A stretch of DNA of 64,000 nucleotides. It comes from a virus (Duplodnaviria > Caudoviricetes). Each line of letters opens with the position of its first letter. The first letter of the stretch is position 1. Under the pieces are notes generated by a model. It searched no databases and had not been told where the DNA came from. It saw only the letters and a list, made by a program, of their open reading frames with translations. The position numbers and the translations under genes are program-made. This document shows positions 7,710 through 16,108 of the stretch, one piece after another. The stretch is from IMG/VR virus record IMGVR_UViG_2791354873_000003, positions 9,743 through 73,742 of that record; one strand, written 5' to 3'.

Positions 7710-8502
7710 AGACCAGCAAGACCAACTGTTGCTGTCCCTGTTCGCCACTGCCGAGGTGATGGGGCAGCAACTCACCCAAGGCGCTGCGCTGCTGATGGTC
7801 GAGGACCTACGCGAGCACAGCGAACCCGTTCTGAGTGGCGCGCTCCGCAACTGTCGCCGCGACGGTGGCCGGCTGACGGTGGCCGCGATCCTCAAGCACG
7901 CCCAGGCCGCTGACGGCCACCCTGGCAAGGACGAGGCCTGGGCCATCGCCCTGTCGGCCAGCGACGAAAGCGAAACAGTGGTGATGACCGCCGAAATTCG
8001 CCAGGCGATGACTGCTTCTGGCCCAGTTTTGGAGGCTGGCGACAAGGTAGGCGCACGCATGGCCTTCATGAGTGCCTACGAACGCCTGGTGGCCGCCGCA
8101 AGGGCTGAGGCGACTCCAGCTAAGTGGGAAGTCTCCCTGGGTTACGACGCTGCACGCCGCGTCACTGCAATCGAATCCGCTGTGCGCTCGAAACTGATCA
8201 GCCATGAGGCTGGCGCGAAGCATTTGGCTCACCTGCAGATTGCGCCACCCAGCGAGGACGGATTAGCCATTGCCGGGCTAATCACTGGGCAGGCCCGGGC
8301 TAAGGCCAGCCCCGAAGTGCGGCAAAAGCTCGCCGAGGTCCGCTGCATCATCGAGGCCGCCCAGGCGAAGAAAGACCACCTGCGCGCCAAGGATTCCCAG
8401 CGCCGCCGAGTGGAAACCTATCTGCGTAAGCGGCAGACGCGTGCCGCCATCGCTCAGTTGAACATCAAGCGCGCCGGGCAGCCGGCCGGGGAGGGGGTGT
8501 GA
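7699..8502 (+). CDS. Phage replication accessory protein (P/helicase-loader position)
   Basis: Follows the initiator; GHPGKDEAWAIAL motif typical of this gene class. Confidence 0.7.
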   Translation: MLSEDQQDQLLLSLFATAEVMGQQLTQGAALLMVEDLREHSEPVLSGALRNCRRDGGRLTVAAILKHAQAADGHPGKDEAWAIALSASDESETVVMTAEIRQAMTASGPVLEAGDKVGARMAFMSAYERLVAAARAEATPAKWEVSLGYDAARRVTAIESAVRSKLISHEAGAKHLAHLQIAPPSEDGLAIAGLITGQARAKASPEVRQKLAEVRCIIEAAQAKKDHLRAKDSQRRRVETYLRKRQTRAAIAQLNIKRAGQPAGEGV

Positions 8503-8735
8503 TGGACAAGCCCGATTTGAAGCGCGCAGGCCATCTGTATAACCAGATGCCGGCAGGCGCCCGAAAACTGATGCATGCATGCCTCATGGAAAACGAGCTT
8601 CGCCTGATCAAGCGCGAGCAGGACCTGATCATGGAGCGCGCCAAGAAGGCAGTAGCCGAACACCAGGTTCGATTCAACAAAATCAAGCGCGACCTGGATC
8701 AGGCGCTGCTCGAAATCGAGAAGGGGCAGCACTGA
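8499..8735 (+). CDS. Hypothetical coiled-coil phage protein
   Basis: 78-aa ORF with overlapping stop/start junctions. Confidence 0.7.
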   Translation: MMDKPDLKRAGHLYNQMPAGARKLMHACLMENELRLIKREQDLIMERAKKAVAEHQVRFNKIKRDLDQALLEIEKGQH

Positions 8736-8992
8736 TGGACACCAACAAGATGCGCGAGCAGTTCGAGACCAGCCCGAAGTTCAGGGGTATGGATTTCACG
8801 CGGTCGTCCACGCACCCCGAGTTCTACGAAAGCCCATATGCAAATGGCGCCTGGGATGGCTGGCAGGCCTCCCGCGCCGCCGTGGTGGTGGAGCTGCCAA
8901 TGTTCGACGGCTACCCGGCCAGCATGGAGCGTGACATGCGCGAATCGCTGCGTTCTGCGATCGAGGCCCAAGGCCTTAAGGTGACCCCATGA
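8735..8992 (+). CDS. Hypothetical nin-region protein
   Basis: MDTNKMREQFE...AWDGWQASRAAVVVELP; TGATG overlap. Confidence 0.75.
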   Translation: MDTNKMREQFETSPKFRGMDFTRSSTHPEFYESPYANGAWDGWQASRAAVVVELPMFDGYPASMERDMRESLRSAIEAQGLKVTP

Positions 8993-9120
8993 AGCGCGTA
9001 TGGACCGTAATCGTAGGCCCCAAGGCCTTCCAGATGGTGCTGATGGAGCAGAGCCTGCACCGTGCTGGCGCGCTGCGTGAGGCGCAGTTGATTTGGCCTG
9101 AGTGTGAGGTGGTGGGATGA
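8989..9120 (+). CDS. Small nin-region protein (43 aa)
   Basis: Manual translation MKRVWTVIVGPKAFQMVLMEQSLHRAGALREAQLIWPECEVVG; ATGA overlaps on both sides. Confidence 0.65.
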   Translation: MKRVWTVIVGPKAFQMVLMEQSLHRAGALREAQLIWPECEVVG

Positions 9121-9524
9121 GCATCGACAAGCAAGAAATCAAGGAGCTGGCCCTGGCTTGCGACCCAGCCAAGTGCGCAGATGAGGCCGAGGAGGGCCGG
9201 CGCCTGGCCGAGTTCTACAGCGAGCTGACGCCTGAGACTGTCCTGGCCCTGCTCGCGGAGATCGAGCGACTTGGAACCTGGAGCACCGCATTCCTTGCCG
9301 AGCGCGAGGCGCAGATCCGTCAGCGCGACCAGCACAAGGCCGAGAACGAGGCGCTGCGTAAGCGAGTTTCCGATTTGTCTCCATTCAGGGGCGCCCCTTT
9401 GGCCGGCCCAGATACGCGCTGCCTTGCATGCGGTGAGCACCATTACGGGCTGGGTGGGCTGCCTTGCCCGAAAATGACCTCGTTTGCTCTTAAAGCATCG
9501 GGCAAGGGGACTAGTCATGGCTGA
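9117..9524 (+). CDS. Ead/Ea22-like phage protein
   Basis: LTPETVLALLAEIERL motif. Confidence 0.65.
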   Translation: MSIDKQEIKELALACDPAKCADEAEEGRRLAEFYSELTPETVLALLAEIERLGTWSTAFLAEREAQIRQRDQHKAENEALRKRVSDLSPFRGAPLAGPDTRCLACGEHHYGLGGLPCPKMTSFALKASGKGTSHG

Positions 9525-9987
9525 CCGAATCAGCGTCAACAGCACTACCAAGCTCTCCGAGGCCATCAGCAAGCTTACCAACATGTTCCGCGACAAGAAG
9601 TTTGTGGTGGTCAGCCTGCGCCCAGGCAAGGATCGCACCCTGGACCAGAACGCGCTGTGGTTCGCCTTCTACAAGCGCATCGCTGAGATGACCCAGATCG
9701 GCGACGCGGCGGACGCCCGGCGCTACTGCAAGCTGCACATCGGCGTGCAGATCCTGTTGAACGAAGACGCCGAGTTCCAGCAGGCGTGGTACCGGGTCAT
9801 GCGCCACCTACCGTACGAGGAGAAGCTGGCGATGATGGGCGAGTGCAAGCTCTTCGGCCCGGACGGTTTCCCGGTGACCAGCCTGTTCAACCGCGCCCAG
9901 GGCGTGGCCTACACCGACCGCATCCTGGCCGAGTTCACGCCCAAGGGTGTCTTCTTCGGCGACTTGGTGGGCGAGGTGGCGGCATGA
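9517..9987 (+). CDS. NinB-like protein
   Basis: RTLDQNALWFAFYKRIAE resembles the NinB RSLDQNA motif; start MADRIS at 9517. Confidence 0.6.
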   Translation: MADRISVNSTTKLSEAISKLTNMFRDKKFVVVSLRPGKDRTLDQNALWFAFYKRIAEMTQIGDAADARRYCKLHIGVQILLNEDAEFQQAWYRVMRHLPYEEKLAMMGECKLFGPDGFPVTSLFNRAQGVAYTDRILAEFTPKGVFFGDLVGEVAA

Positions 9988-10283
9988 AGAGCCAGGAAGC
10001 AAACCTCAAGCGGAACAAGGACCAAGGCGTTTTCGCGGCGCCGGGCTGGCGGGGGCTGTATGGCCATGGCCTAACTCGGCGTGGTGTGCAGTGTGTGGTT
10101 CTCGCTGCATCAGGGAAGAGTGGTAAGCAGATCGCTCGCGAGCTCGGCATTTCGCCGGGCACGGTAACTAGCAGGATGGCTGATGCCCGCCTGCACCTGA
10201 AGGCATCCAACCGCACGGAACTTGTCGCCAAGGCAGTTGCAGCAGGGATTATCTACTCATCGGAGGCCGAGTCATGCGCGTAG
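9984..10283 (+). CDS. Stand-alone LuxR/GerE-type HTH protein
   Basis: LTRRGVQCVVLAASGKSGKQIARELGISPGTVTSRMADARLHLKASNRTELVAKA. Confidence 0.8.
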   Translation: MKSQEANLKRNKDQGVFAAPGWRGLYGHGLTRRGVQCVVLAASGKSGKQIARELGISPGTVTSRMADARLHLKASNRTELVAKAVAAGIIYSSEAESCA

Positions 10284-10876
10284 CCGAGATCAAGCCGAAG
10301 AAGTGCAAGGCCCCAGGCTGCGGCCAGCGCTTCAAGCCCATGCTATCGACGCAGAAGGTATGCAGCCCGGCCTGCGCGCTGGCTATGGCCAAAGACCCGC
10401 AGCTCCAAAAGGTCGCGGCCAAGGCCATCACCAAGCAGGCCCGGGAAGACCTCAAGGAGCGCCGGGATAAGCTGAAGACGCGCCGCGAGCACATGTCCGA
10501 GGCCCAGACTGCTTTCAATGCCTACATCCGGGAGCGGGACGCCGGCCTGCCGTGTATCAGCTGCGACTCGCTGCCCAGCGACAGCGACTTGATAACGGGA
10601 AGTCGCTGGGACGCCGGCCATTACCGCTCGGTCGGCGCCTGTCCAGAGCTGCGCTTCGAGCCGCTGAACGTCCACCGCCAGTGCGTCAGGTGTAACCGCA
10701 ACCTTTCAGGTAACGCGGTCGAGTACCGCATCCGGTTGGTGAAGCGCATCGGTGCCGACCAGGTGGAGTGGCTTGAAGGGCCTCATCAGCCCCAGCGCCT
10801 GACCATCGAAGACCTGCAGGCCATCAAGGCCACCTATCGCCAGAAACTCAAGGACCTCCGGAGGGCCGCAGCATGA
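10274..10876 (+). CDS. ninG: NinG/Rap recombination endonuclease
   Basis: CSPACA, FNAYIRERDAGLPCISC, WDAGHYRSVGA, NVHRQCVRCN motifs. Confidence 0.92.
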   Translation: MRVAEIKPKKCKAPGCGQRFKPMLSTQKVCSPACALAMAKDPQLQKVAAKAITKQAREDLKERRDKLKTRREHMSEAQTAFNAYIRERDAGLPCISCDSLPSDSDLITGSRWDAGHYRSVGACPELRFEPLNVHRQCVRCNRNLSGNAVEYRIRLVKRIGADQVEWLEGPHQPQRLTIEDLQAIKATYRQKLKDLRRAAA

Positions 10877-11556
10877 AATATCAGAACGTGGTATCCGCAG
10901 TAGTGCGCGCCCTGGCGGCAGAGACGATCAACAGCGCTGGTGGCTGCAGTGTTGAGCCCAGGGTGCAGACCAGCAAACTGAAAGGGGAAATCACCGGCAA
11001 AGACGCGGCGCTGCTGGCCGACTGTATCGTGCACAAGATGCTGCATGCTCAGCTCAGCTCCAGGCACTGGCACGCGCTGCTGGCCAGGTACAGCACGCAT
11101 AAGGGGCGCAAGCTCCAGGCCATCTGCGCGCTGATACCAGTTGTTCCCACGCCCGCGCCCAAGCGGTTCACCCAGCAGGCCGTGATGGTGTGGGCCGTGC
11201 CGGAGCAGCGCAAGGGTGTGCAGCGCGTAGCGGTCCAGGCCAAGCCTGCCGAGGTGCGCGAGTGCGACAAGGGCGAGGATCGCTGGGCCTGGCGCAACCA
11301 AGCCGCACAGCGTGCCGTGGAGCGGGCCAACGCCCAAGCCAGGTCAGTGGCTGAGGAGCGCCCGGGTGACATGATCGTGCTGGCAGCCTCGAACTACGAC
11401 ATGACCACATGGGATGAGCAGGGACTGACGGAGCGGACGTATCAACGTTGGAACAAGGCCATACGCGGGTCGCTGGAAGGGATGGTGAACGAGGCACTGG
11501 TCGAGGCCCAGCACATGCTGGAGGCCGTGGGTGTTCTTGCAAGCGAGGCAGCGTAA
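10873..11556 (+). CDS. Putative Q-like late antiterminator
   Basis: Position after ninG and before late promoter; C-terminal ERTYQRW HTH-like segment. Confidence 0.65.
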   Translation: MKYQNVVSAVVRALAAETINSAGGCSVEPRVQTSKLKGEITGKDAALLADCIVHKMLHAQLSSRHWHALLARYSTHKGRKLQAICALIPVVPTPAPKRFTQQAVMVWAVPEQRKGVQRVAVQAKPAEVRECDKGEDRWAWRNQAAQRAVERANAQARSVAEERPGDMIVLAASNYDMTTWDEQGLTERTYQRWNKAIRGSLEGMVNEALVEAQHMLEAVGVLASEAA

Positions 11557-11574
11557 AAAGTCCCTGGAAAGGGC

Positions 11575-11605
11575 TTGCAATATCATGTCGCCATGTCGCA
11601 ATATA
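11575..11605 (+). promoter_or_regulatory. Putative late promoter pR'
   Basis: TTGCAA at 11575-11580; spacer contains tandem CATGTCGC x2; AT-rich -10 region (CAATAT/ATATAT). Confidence 0.55.
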
Positions 11606-11955
11606 TGCCCATCCTGTCATTCCTGCGCTCTGTGTAGGAGTGCTTAACGAGCAGCGAGCTTAAGCTCAAGCGGTAGCGATGGCGGGTTGTTGATGGTTGG
11701 GGGTCTGGTATGGATAGTTACAATGTGGTTCCTGCTAGCACTGATTGATACACCAATCGCAGTACAACGATCCGGACAAGAAGGAGGTAGTCGCATGAAG
11801 AAAGTTATGTGGAAAACCCTGATTAGTTTCTCGGCAAACGCATCAACAGCTCTCGGCGTCAACAGCCTGCCATCCCTCACCATTACAGGTCTTCGATAGT
11901 TTCGGAGATCTAGTCAGCTTCAACGTGTCGCTTGTCCGGCACACCAAATTTAAGG

Positions 11956-11981
11956 ACCCGGACCTCGCGCCGGGTTTTTTA
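11956..11981 (+). terminator. Intrinsic terminator (tR'-like)
   Basis: ACCCGG-acctcgcg-CCGGGT followed by a T run. Confidence 0.7.
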
Positions 11982-12049
11982 TTGCCCGCAAAGGGCCTCA
12001 AGAAGGCCTGCTATAAGTATCTTGTCCTGACTCAGGCAGGGGCAGGCAT

Positions 12050-12439
12050 TCAGAAATCTGATTTTCTGAAGGTTTTATCGCCAGACTGATCATTGCGGAT
12101 TGTTAGTTCGCCGCCCGCTACCGAATAGGTGGTTGTTGCATCCCCCTCAGAATAACGGTTCCGCCAGCGCCCCCAGGTGCGGGTATCGTTCAAGAACGTT
12201 GACCAAACAACAGTGTCGTCGCTTACCTGGCATCGGTATCTGAAAGAGTCTCCATCAGGACGCTTGTAAGAGATCTCGGGTACCGCACCATGCGATCTGG
12301 TCTTCATCTTTTTGGTGGGTCGGCTCATTTCCACGGAAATTGCAGCCTTGCAGATCTCCACGCTTGTGAAATCGCTTGCTTGCACACCTTGAGCCACGCC
12401 TAGCACTGCGAGCGATACCGCGGCTACATACTTTTTCAT
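12050..12439 (-). CDS. Exported moron protein of unknown function
   Basis: Signal peptide MKKYVAAVSLAVLGVAQGVQA; antisense to the late operon. Confidence 0.8.
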   Translation of the reverse strand: MKKYVAAVSLAVLGVAQGVQASDFTSVEICKAAISVEMSRPTKKMKTRSHGAVPEISYKRPDGDSFRYRCQVSDDTVVWSTFLNDTRTWGRWRNRYSEGDATTTYSVAGGELTIRNDQSGDKTFRKSDF

Positions 12440-12498
12440 TCCCTTGTCCTCAGCTTTGTTGGCCAGGGGATTTTACATGCACATACGGAGTCGAGCGC

Positions 12499-12825
12499 AT
12501 GGAGTTTTTTCACCGCCTGCTCGACAAGCTCGACTGGGCAATAGCGGGCCTATTGGGGGCCTTGGTTGCCACCCGCTGGCACAAGGATGACCTGACGGAC
12601 CGCAAGGCCTGGATTCTATTCTTGCTCACTGGTATGGCTTGCGCTCACTACCTTACTGGGATGGTCAGCGCATACTTCGGGATCGTTGAGCCACGCAGCG
12701 TGGCAGGCGTCGGGTTTCTACTGGGCACCTTCGGCGGATCACTCATCGCTGCCGTAACCCGCGCCATCAAGGCCGCTGATCTCTGGTCTGTCATCAGGTC
12801 CAAGTTCGGGGGGCCAAACGGATGA
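12499..12825 (+). CDS. Holin
   Basis: 108 aa, three hydrophobic segments, basic C-terminus; start MEFFHRLL after GGAG. Confidence 0.75.
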   Translation: MEFFHRLLDKLDWAIAGLLGALVATRWHKDDLTDRKAWILFLLTGMACAHYLTGMVSAYFGIVEPRSVAGVGFLLGTFGGSLIAAVTRAIKAADLWSVIRSKFGGPNG

Positions 12826-13133
12826 TTCTCGAATACGTTAATGCGCTGGCTGCCGGCGTGATCGCCCTGTGGGCATCCTGGGCAGTCCTGAGCGGAAGGG
12901 TGCGAGATGGGGTAATCGGCAAAATCCTCTACTCGATCATCGCCCTGAGCGGCTACGCCATCCTGGCCAGGTCGGACCGGATGTTCTTCACCCCGAACAC
13001 CGCCGGCGTGACGATGCACGTCGCCCTGGCCCTGGCCGGTATCCGGCACATGTTCGTGGTGACCTATTGGCCGAGGGTAAAGCGCTGGATCTGCCGGCGT
13101 CTGGACTGTGACCTGTGCAAGCAATCCAAGTGA
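12822..13133 (+). CDS. Second multi-TM lysis-region protein (holin/antiholin partner)
   Basis: Three hydrophobic segments; overlaps the holin stop. Confidence 0.7.
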   Translation: MILEYVNALAAGVIALWASWAVLSGRVRDGVIGKILYSIIALSGYAILARSDRMFFTPNTAGVTMHVALALAGIRHMFVVTYWPRVKRWICRRLDCDLCKQSK

Positions 13134-13135
13134 TG

Positions 13136-13172
13136 CGCGCCACAAAATCATGAGTTGCCATTTTGTGGCGCG
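13136..13172. repeat. 37-bp palindromic element, copy 1
   Basis: CGCGCCACAAAA-13 nt-TTTTGTGGCGCG. Confidence 0.8.
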
Positions 13173-13179
13173 AAGATAT

Positions 13180-13512
13180 CTAGTCCTTCATCGGGCTGGC
13201 TTGTTTTTGCATCACCGGGTAATTCAGCCACCCATCATGGGCGAATGGTTGCTTGAAATTGCGGGTAACCTCAAACAGATTTTCGCTGTTCCGCCCATTG
13301 GGAAAGGTAACAGTCACGGCGTAAATCGATTGCCAGCCTGGGAACGGTTCCAGCCTGAAACTGATGAGGCCGGCCCTCTTGACCATCGACAGGCTGCCAT
13401 CAGCGCCAGCAGTGATCGACCGGTCACCGGGCTGAAATTCAAAATCAATATCTTCAAACGACAAGTCATCAGCGTTAGACGAGAAGAACGTCAAATTTCC
13501 TGTGCCTTTCAT
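13180..13512 (-). CDS. Hypothetical moron protein
   Basis: 110-aa ORF antisense to late genes. Confidence 0.6.
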   Translation of the reverse strand: MKGTGNLTFFSSNADDLSFEDIDFEFQPGDRSITAGADGSLSMVKRAGLISFRLEPFPGWQSIYAVTVTFPNGRNSENLFEVTRNFKQPFAHDGWLNYPVMQKQASPMKD

Positions 13513-13653
13513 AAAATGCTCCTATTCATGATGAGCTTCACTCATAGCTCCCAAATCATGAGCATTCAACAAAAAGAGGCGCGATAGTCTCAAAGAATTC
13601 GCGATGGCGCTGACAACAGCACTTCAAGGGCACCCCTACTGCGAGGAATATGT

Positions 13654-13845
13654 ATGAGCAACGTGACACGTATGCGGCATGTCCTGCCGCTCCCTGCCGA
13701 TGTGGTAGCTGCAACGAATGCGCTTGACTCGGCCTTGATCAAGGCCATTGATACCGCAAAGGAAGCCGGGCTTCCTCAGGGACTGATCGCCGCGATACTA
13801 CACGGCCAAGCGCATGCCGAAACGCACAAGATGGTGTCCTCCTGA
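13654..13845 (+). CDS. Small phage protein
   Basis: MSNVTRMRHVLPLP...GLPQGLIAAILHGQAH; GAGG SD. Confidence 0.7.
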   Translation: MSNVTRMRHVLPLPADVVAATNALDSALIKAIDTAKEAGLPQGLIAAILHGQAHAETHKMVSS

Positions 13846-14089
13846 AGGTCGTTGAGTATCGGCGAGAGGGGTGGCGCGGCACGGTCAAAGCGCTACGCAA
13901 GATCGCTGACGACCTGGAGCAGGGCAACATTCATCCATGCACCATTGTGGCGGTCGCGCTTCGTTACCCGACGGGAAGGTGACGGCTTTCGGCGTCGGCC
14001 CGGTTGCAGATGACCTCCAGGCCCTGGCGCTGTCCAGACTGGCGGAGCAGCAGCTGATTGATGTGCTTCTGGATTGCGGGGAAGGGTAG
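13842..14089 (+). pseudogene. Frameshifted small phage gene
   Basis: Frame 1 KVVEYRREGWRGTVKALRKIADDLEQG... stops near 13980; shifted frame continues KVTAFGVGPVADDLQALALSRLAEQQLIDVLLDCGEG*; no ATG at the expected start. Confidence 0.5.
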
Positions 14090-14120
14090 GTGTGCCGCAG
14101 GTGAGTGCGGCACAGGCGGA

Positions 14121-14342
14121 TTACTTGACTTTCAGGGCTTCTTGGATCTGGTCAGCGTATTTGCTGAGGTTATTCATTTCTCTATCAAGGTGCGTGCCGT
14201 GAGTGGTCGTTGTGGTGACCCGAGCGGCAATAACCTCAAGAGCCGCAGCTACTGCCACTGCTCTCTTGCGATCATTGCTGAGTTCGCAATAGGCCAGAGA
14301 ACCGGTTTCTGTTAGAGCTTTAAGTGGTACAGACATTGGCAA
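14121..14342 (-). CDS. Small moron protein
   Basis: 73-aa ORF with AAAGGA SD, antisense to late genes. Confidence 0.7.
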   Translation of the reverse strand: MPMSVPLKALTETGSLAYCELSNDRKRAVAVAAALEVIAARVTTTTTHGTHLDREMNNLSKYADQIQEALKVK

Positions 14343-14411
14343 ATCCTTTCATTGATTGATCTCCATCAATAGCGGCAGTCTGCCACTATTTCAAGTATCA
14401 GAGACCCCTTA

Positions 14412-14822
14412 ATGACCACCAAGCAGCCCTACTGGGAGGCGATCGAGCGAGCCTTTCGGGCCAGGCCTATCTATTCCAAACAAGCACGATTTGGCGCAGA
14501 CCAACCCAATGTTGAGCTGATCTGCTCAGTGGTGTGGATCGATATGTCAGCACCAGCTACCTTGAGGGTTCACGCAAGGAGTTTGGACATGTCAGATAAA
14601 TACGTTGGAAAGCTCACGGGCGTAGGCACGGACAATGTGAGGTACGTGATCAACATCTATCAGGACGAGACAGTTGAGCGCTCATCCCGAGGCATGGTTC
14701 GACATGAAGGTATGAAGCATTTCGAAATGCAACGCGGTGGTCAAGTGAAAAAGATTTCTGAGACTGAGTACGAAATTGTGGCCACGGGAGTGAGGATCAC
14801 TGTGTGTGATGACCAAAACTAA
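14412..14822 (+). CDS. Hypothetical protein, possibly chimeric
   Basis: N-terminus MTTKQPYWEAIERAFRA resembles TerS starts; remainder unrelated; internal start MSDKYV possible. Confidence 0.5.
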   Translation: MTTKQPYWEAIERAFRARPIYSKQARFGADQPNVELICSVVWIDMSAPATLRVHARSLDMSDKYVGKLTGVGTDNVRYVINIYQDETVERSSRGMVRHEGMKHFEMQRGGQVKKISETEYEIVATGVRITVCDDQN

Positions 14823-14985
14823 CAGCGTTGGTCTGTAATGCCGGTATCTGGATGAGCGCGCCGAATGTTAGGCTGGATGAATTAATGATTATGCCTAGCC
14901 TACGTCGAACGTCAGCCCCCGGGCGAATCCCTGTCCGCATCGAACCAATTCTTGCCGCACCATCATTTCAAGCTCAAGGTGATCT

Positions 14986-15600
14986 ATGGATAGGCCATAT
15001 CCACCATCGTCACTGCTTGAGCTGTCCGACTTCGGCATCCGCCTGACCCCAGCCCCTGAAGTTTGGGAGTGGATCCAAGCCGAGATCCTCGCTGACACCG
15101 GCAGCATTCACAACGAAGACCATGCCCACCTATTGGATGCTGACATCCGGGTTATGTGGGCGTCTTCGAGCGTCGCCAAACAGGGCCGTACAGTCTTGGG
15201 CCAGGCCGAACAGGTAGCGTTTCGCGCTGGCGGCTGGCAGAAGGCTCGGATGGAGCAACAGATGCGTGATTGGTTCGGCGATGTGCCGGCCTTCATCATC
15301 ACCTTGGCTGCTGACTACTGCGCCCAGTGCAGCGACGTTGAGTTCTGTGCACTCCTGGAGCACGAGCTGTATCACCTGGCTCACGCGACCGACAAGTACG
15401 GCCAACCAGCATTCACCCAAGACGGCGCACCAAAGATCAAGCTGCAGAGCCATGACGTCGAAGAGTTCGTCGGTGTGGTGAGGCGCTACGGTGCCAGCCA
15501 CGAAGTACAGCAGCTGATCGACGCTGCAAGCCGGCCGCCTGAGGTGGCCAAGATCAACATTTCGAGGGCCTGCGGAACCTGTCTGCTTAAGTTGGCCTGA
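14986..15600 (+). CDS. Putative phage metallopeptidase
   Basis: LLEHELYH (HExxH) and HDVEEF motifs; upstream of terminase. Confidence 0.85.
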   Translation: MDRPYPPSSLLELSDFGIRLTPAPEVWEWIQAEILADTGSIHNEDHAHLLDADIRVMWASSSVAKQGRTVLGQAEQVAFRAGGWQKARMEQQMRDWFGDVPAFIITLAADYCAQCSDVEFCALLEHELYHLAHATDKYGQPAFTQDGAPKIKLQSHDVEEFVGVVRRYGASHEVQQLIDAASRPPEVAKINISRACGTCLLKLA

Positions 15601-15631
15601 TGTGAGACAGGCATGAGACGGAATCCAATCT

Positions 15632-16108
15632 ATGGCAGCCCTGACAAACGATGTGAAAGCCTTCATCGTTCAGGCTTTGGCGTGCTTTGACACGCCCACC
15701 CAAGTCTCACAAGCCGTGAAGCAAGAATTCGACATCGATGTGACCCGCCAGCAGGTGGAGCAGCACGACCCGACCAAGCGCGCTGGGGCCAACCTGGCTG
15801 CCAAGTGGCGAACCCTCTTTGAGGACACCCGCAAGCGCTTTCGCGAGGAGACCGCCGACATCCCTATCGCCAACCGAGCGTTCCGCTTGCGCGGCCTCGG
15901 TCGAATGGCTGAGAAAGCCGAGAGTATGCGCAACCTGGCGCTGACGGCCCAGCTGTACGAGCAGGCAGCCAAGGAATGCGGCGACATGTACGTCAACCGC
16001 AAGATCGAACCCGACAAGCCCCTGGGCTCCCAGGCGGACCAGCAGCACGCCGTTGCTGAGTACACGCTGGAGCCAGACGAGAATGTCCCGACTACCCCGT
16101 ACCTATGA
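15632..16108 (+). CDS. terS: Terminase small subunit (DUF2280-like)
   Basis: MAALTNDVKAFIVQALACFDTPTQV... DUF2280-type N-terminus directly before terL. Confidence 0.85.
   Translation: MAALTNDVKAFIVQALACFDTPTQVSQAVKQEFDIDVTRQQVEQHDPTKRAGANLAAKWRTLFEDTRKRFREETADIPIANRAFRLRGLGRMAEKAESMRNLALTAQLYEQAAKECGDMYVNRKIEPDKPLGSQADQQHAVAEYTLEPDENVPTTPYL

Noticed and set aside
13579-13610. Third copy of the 12-13-12 palindrome closing the 13180 moron
   Set aside because: Only the terminal GCGC motifs match and the spacing is 3 bp shorter, which is too weak to call.
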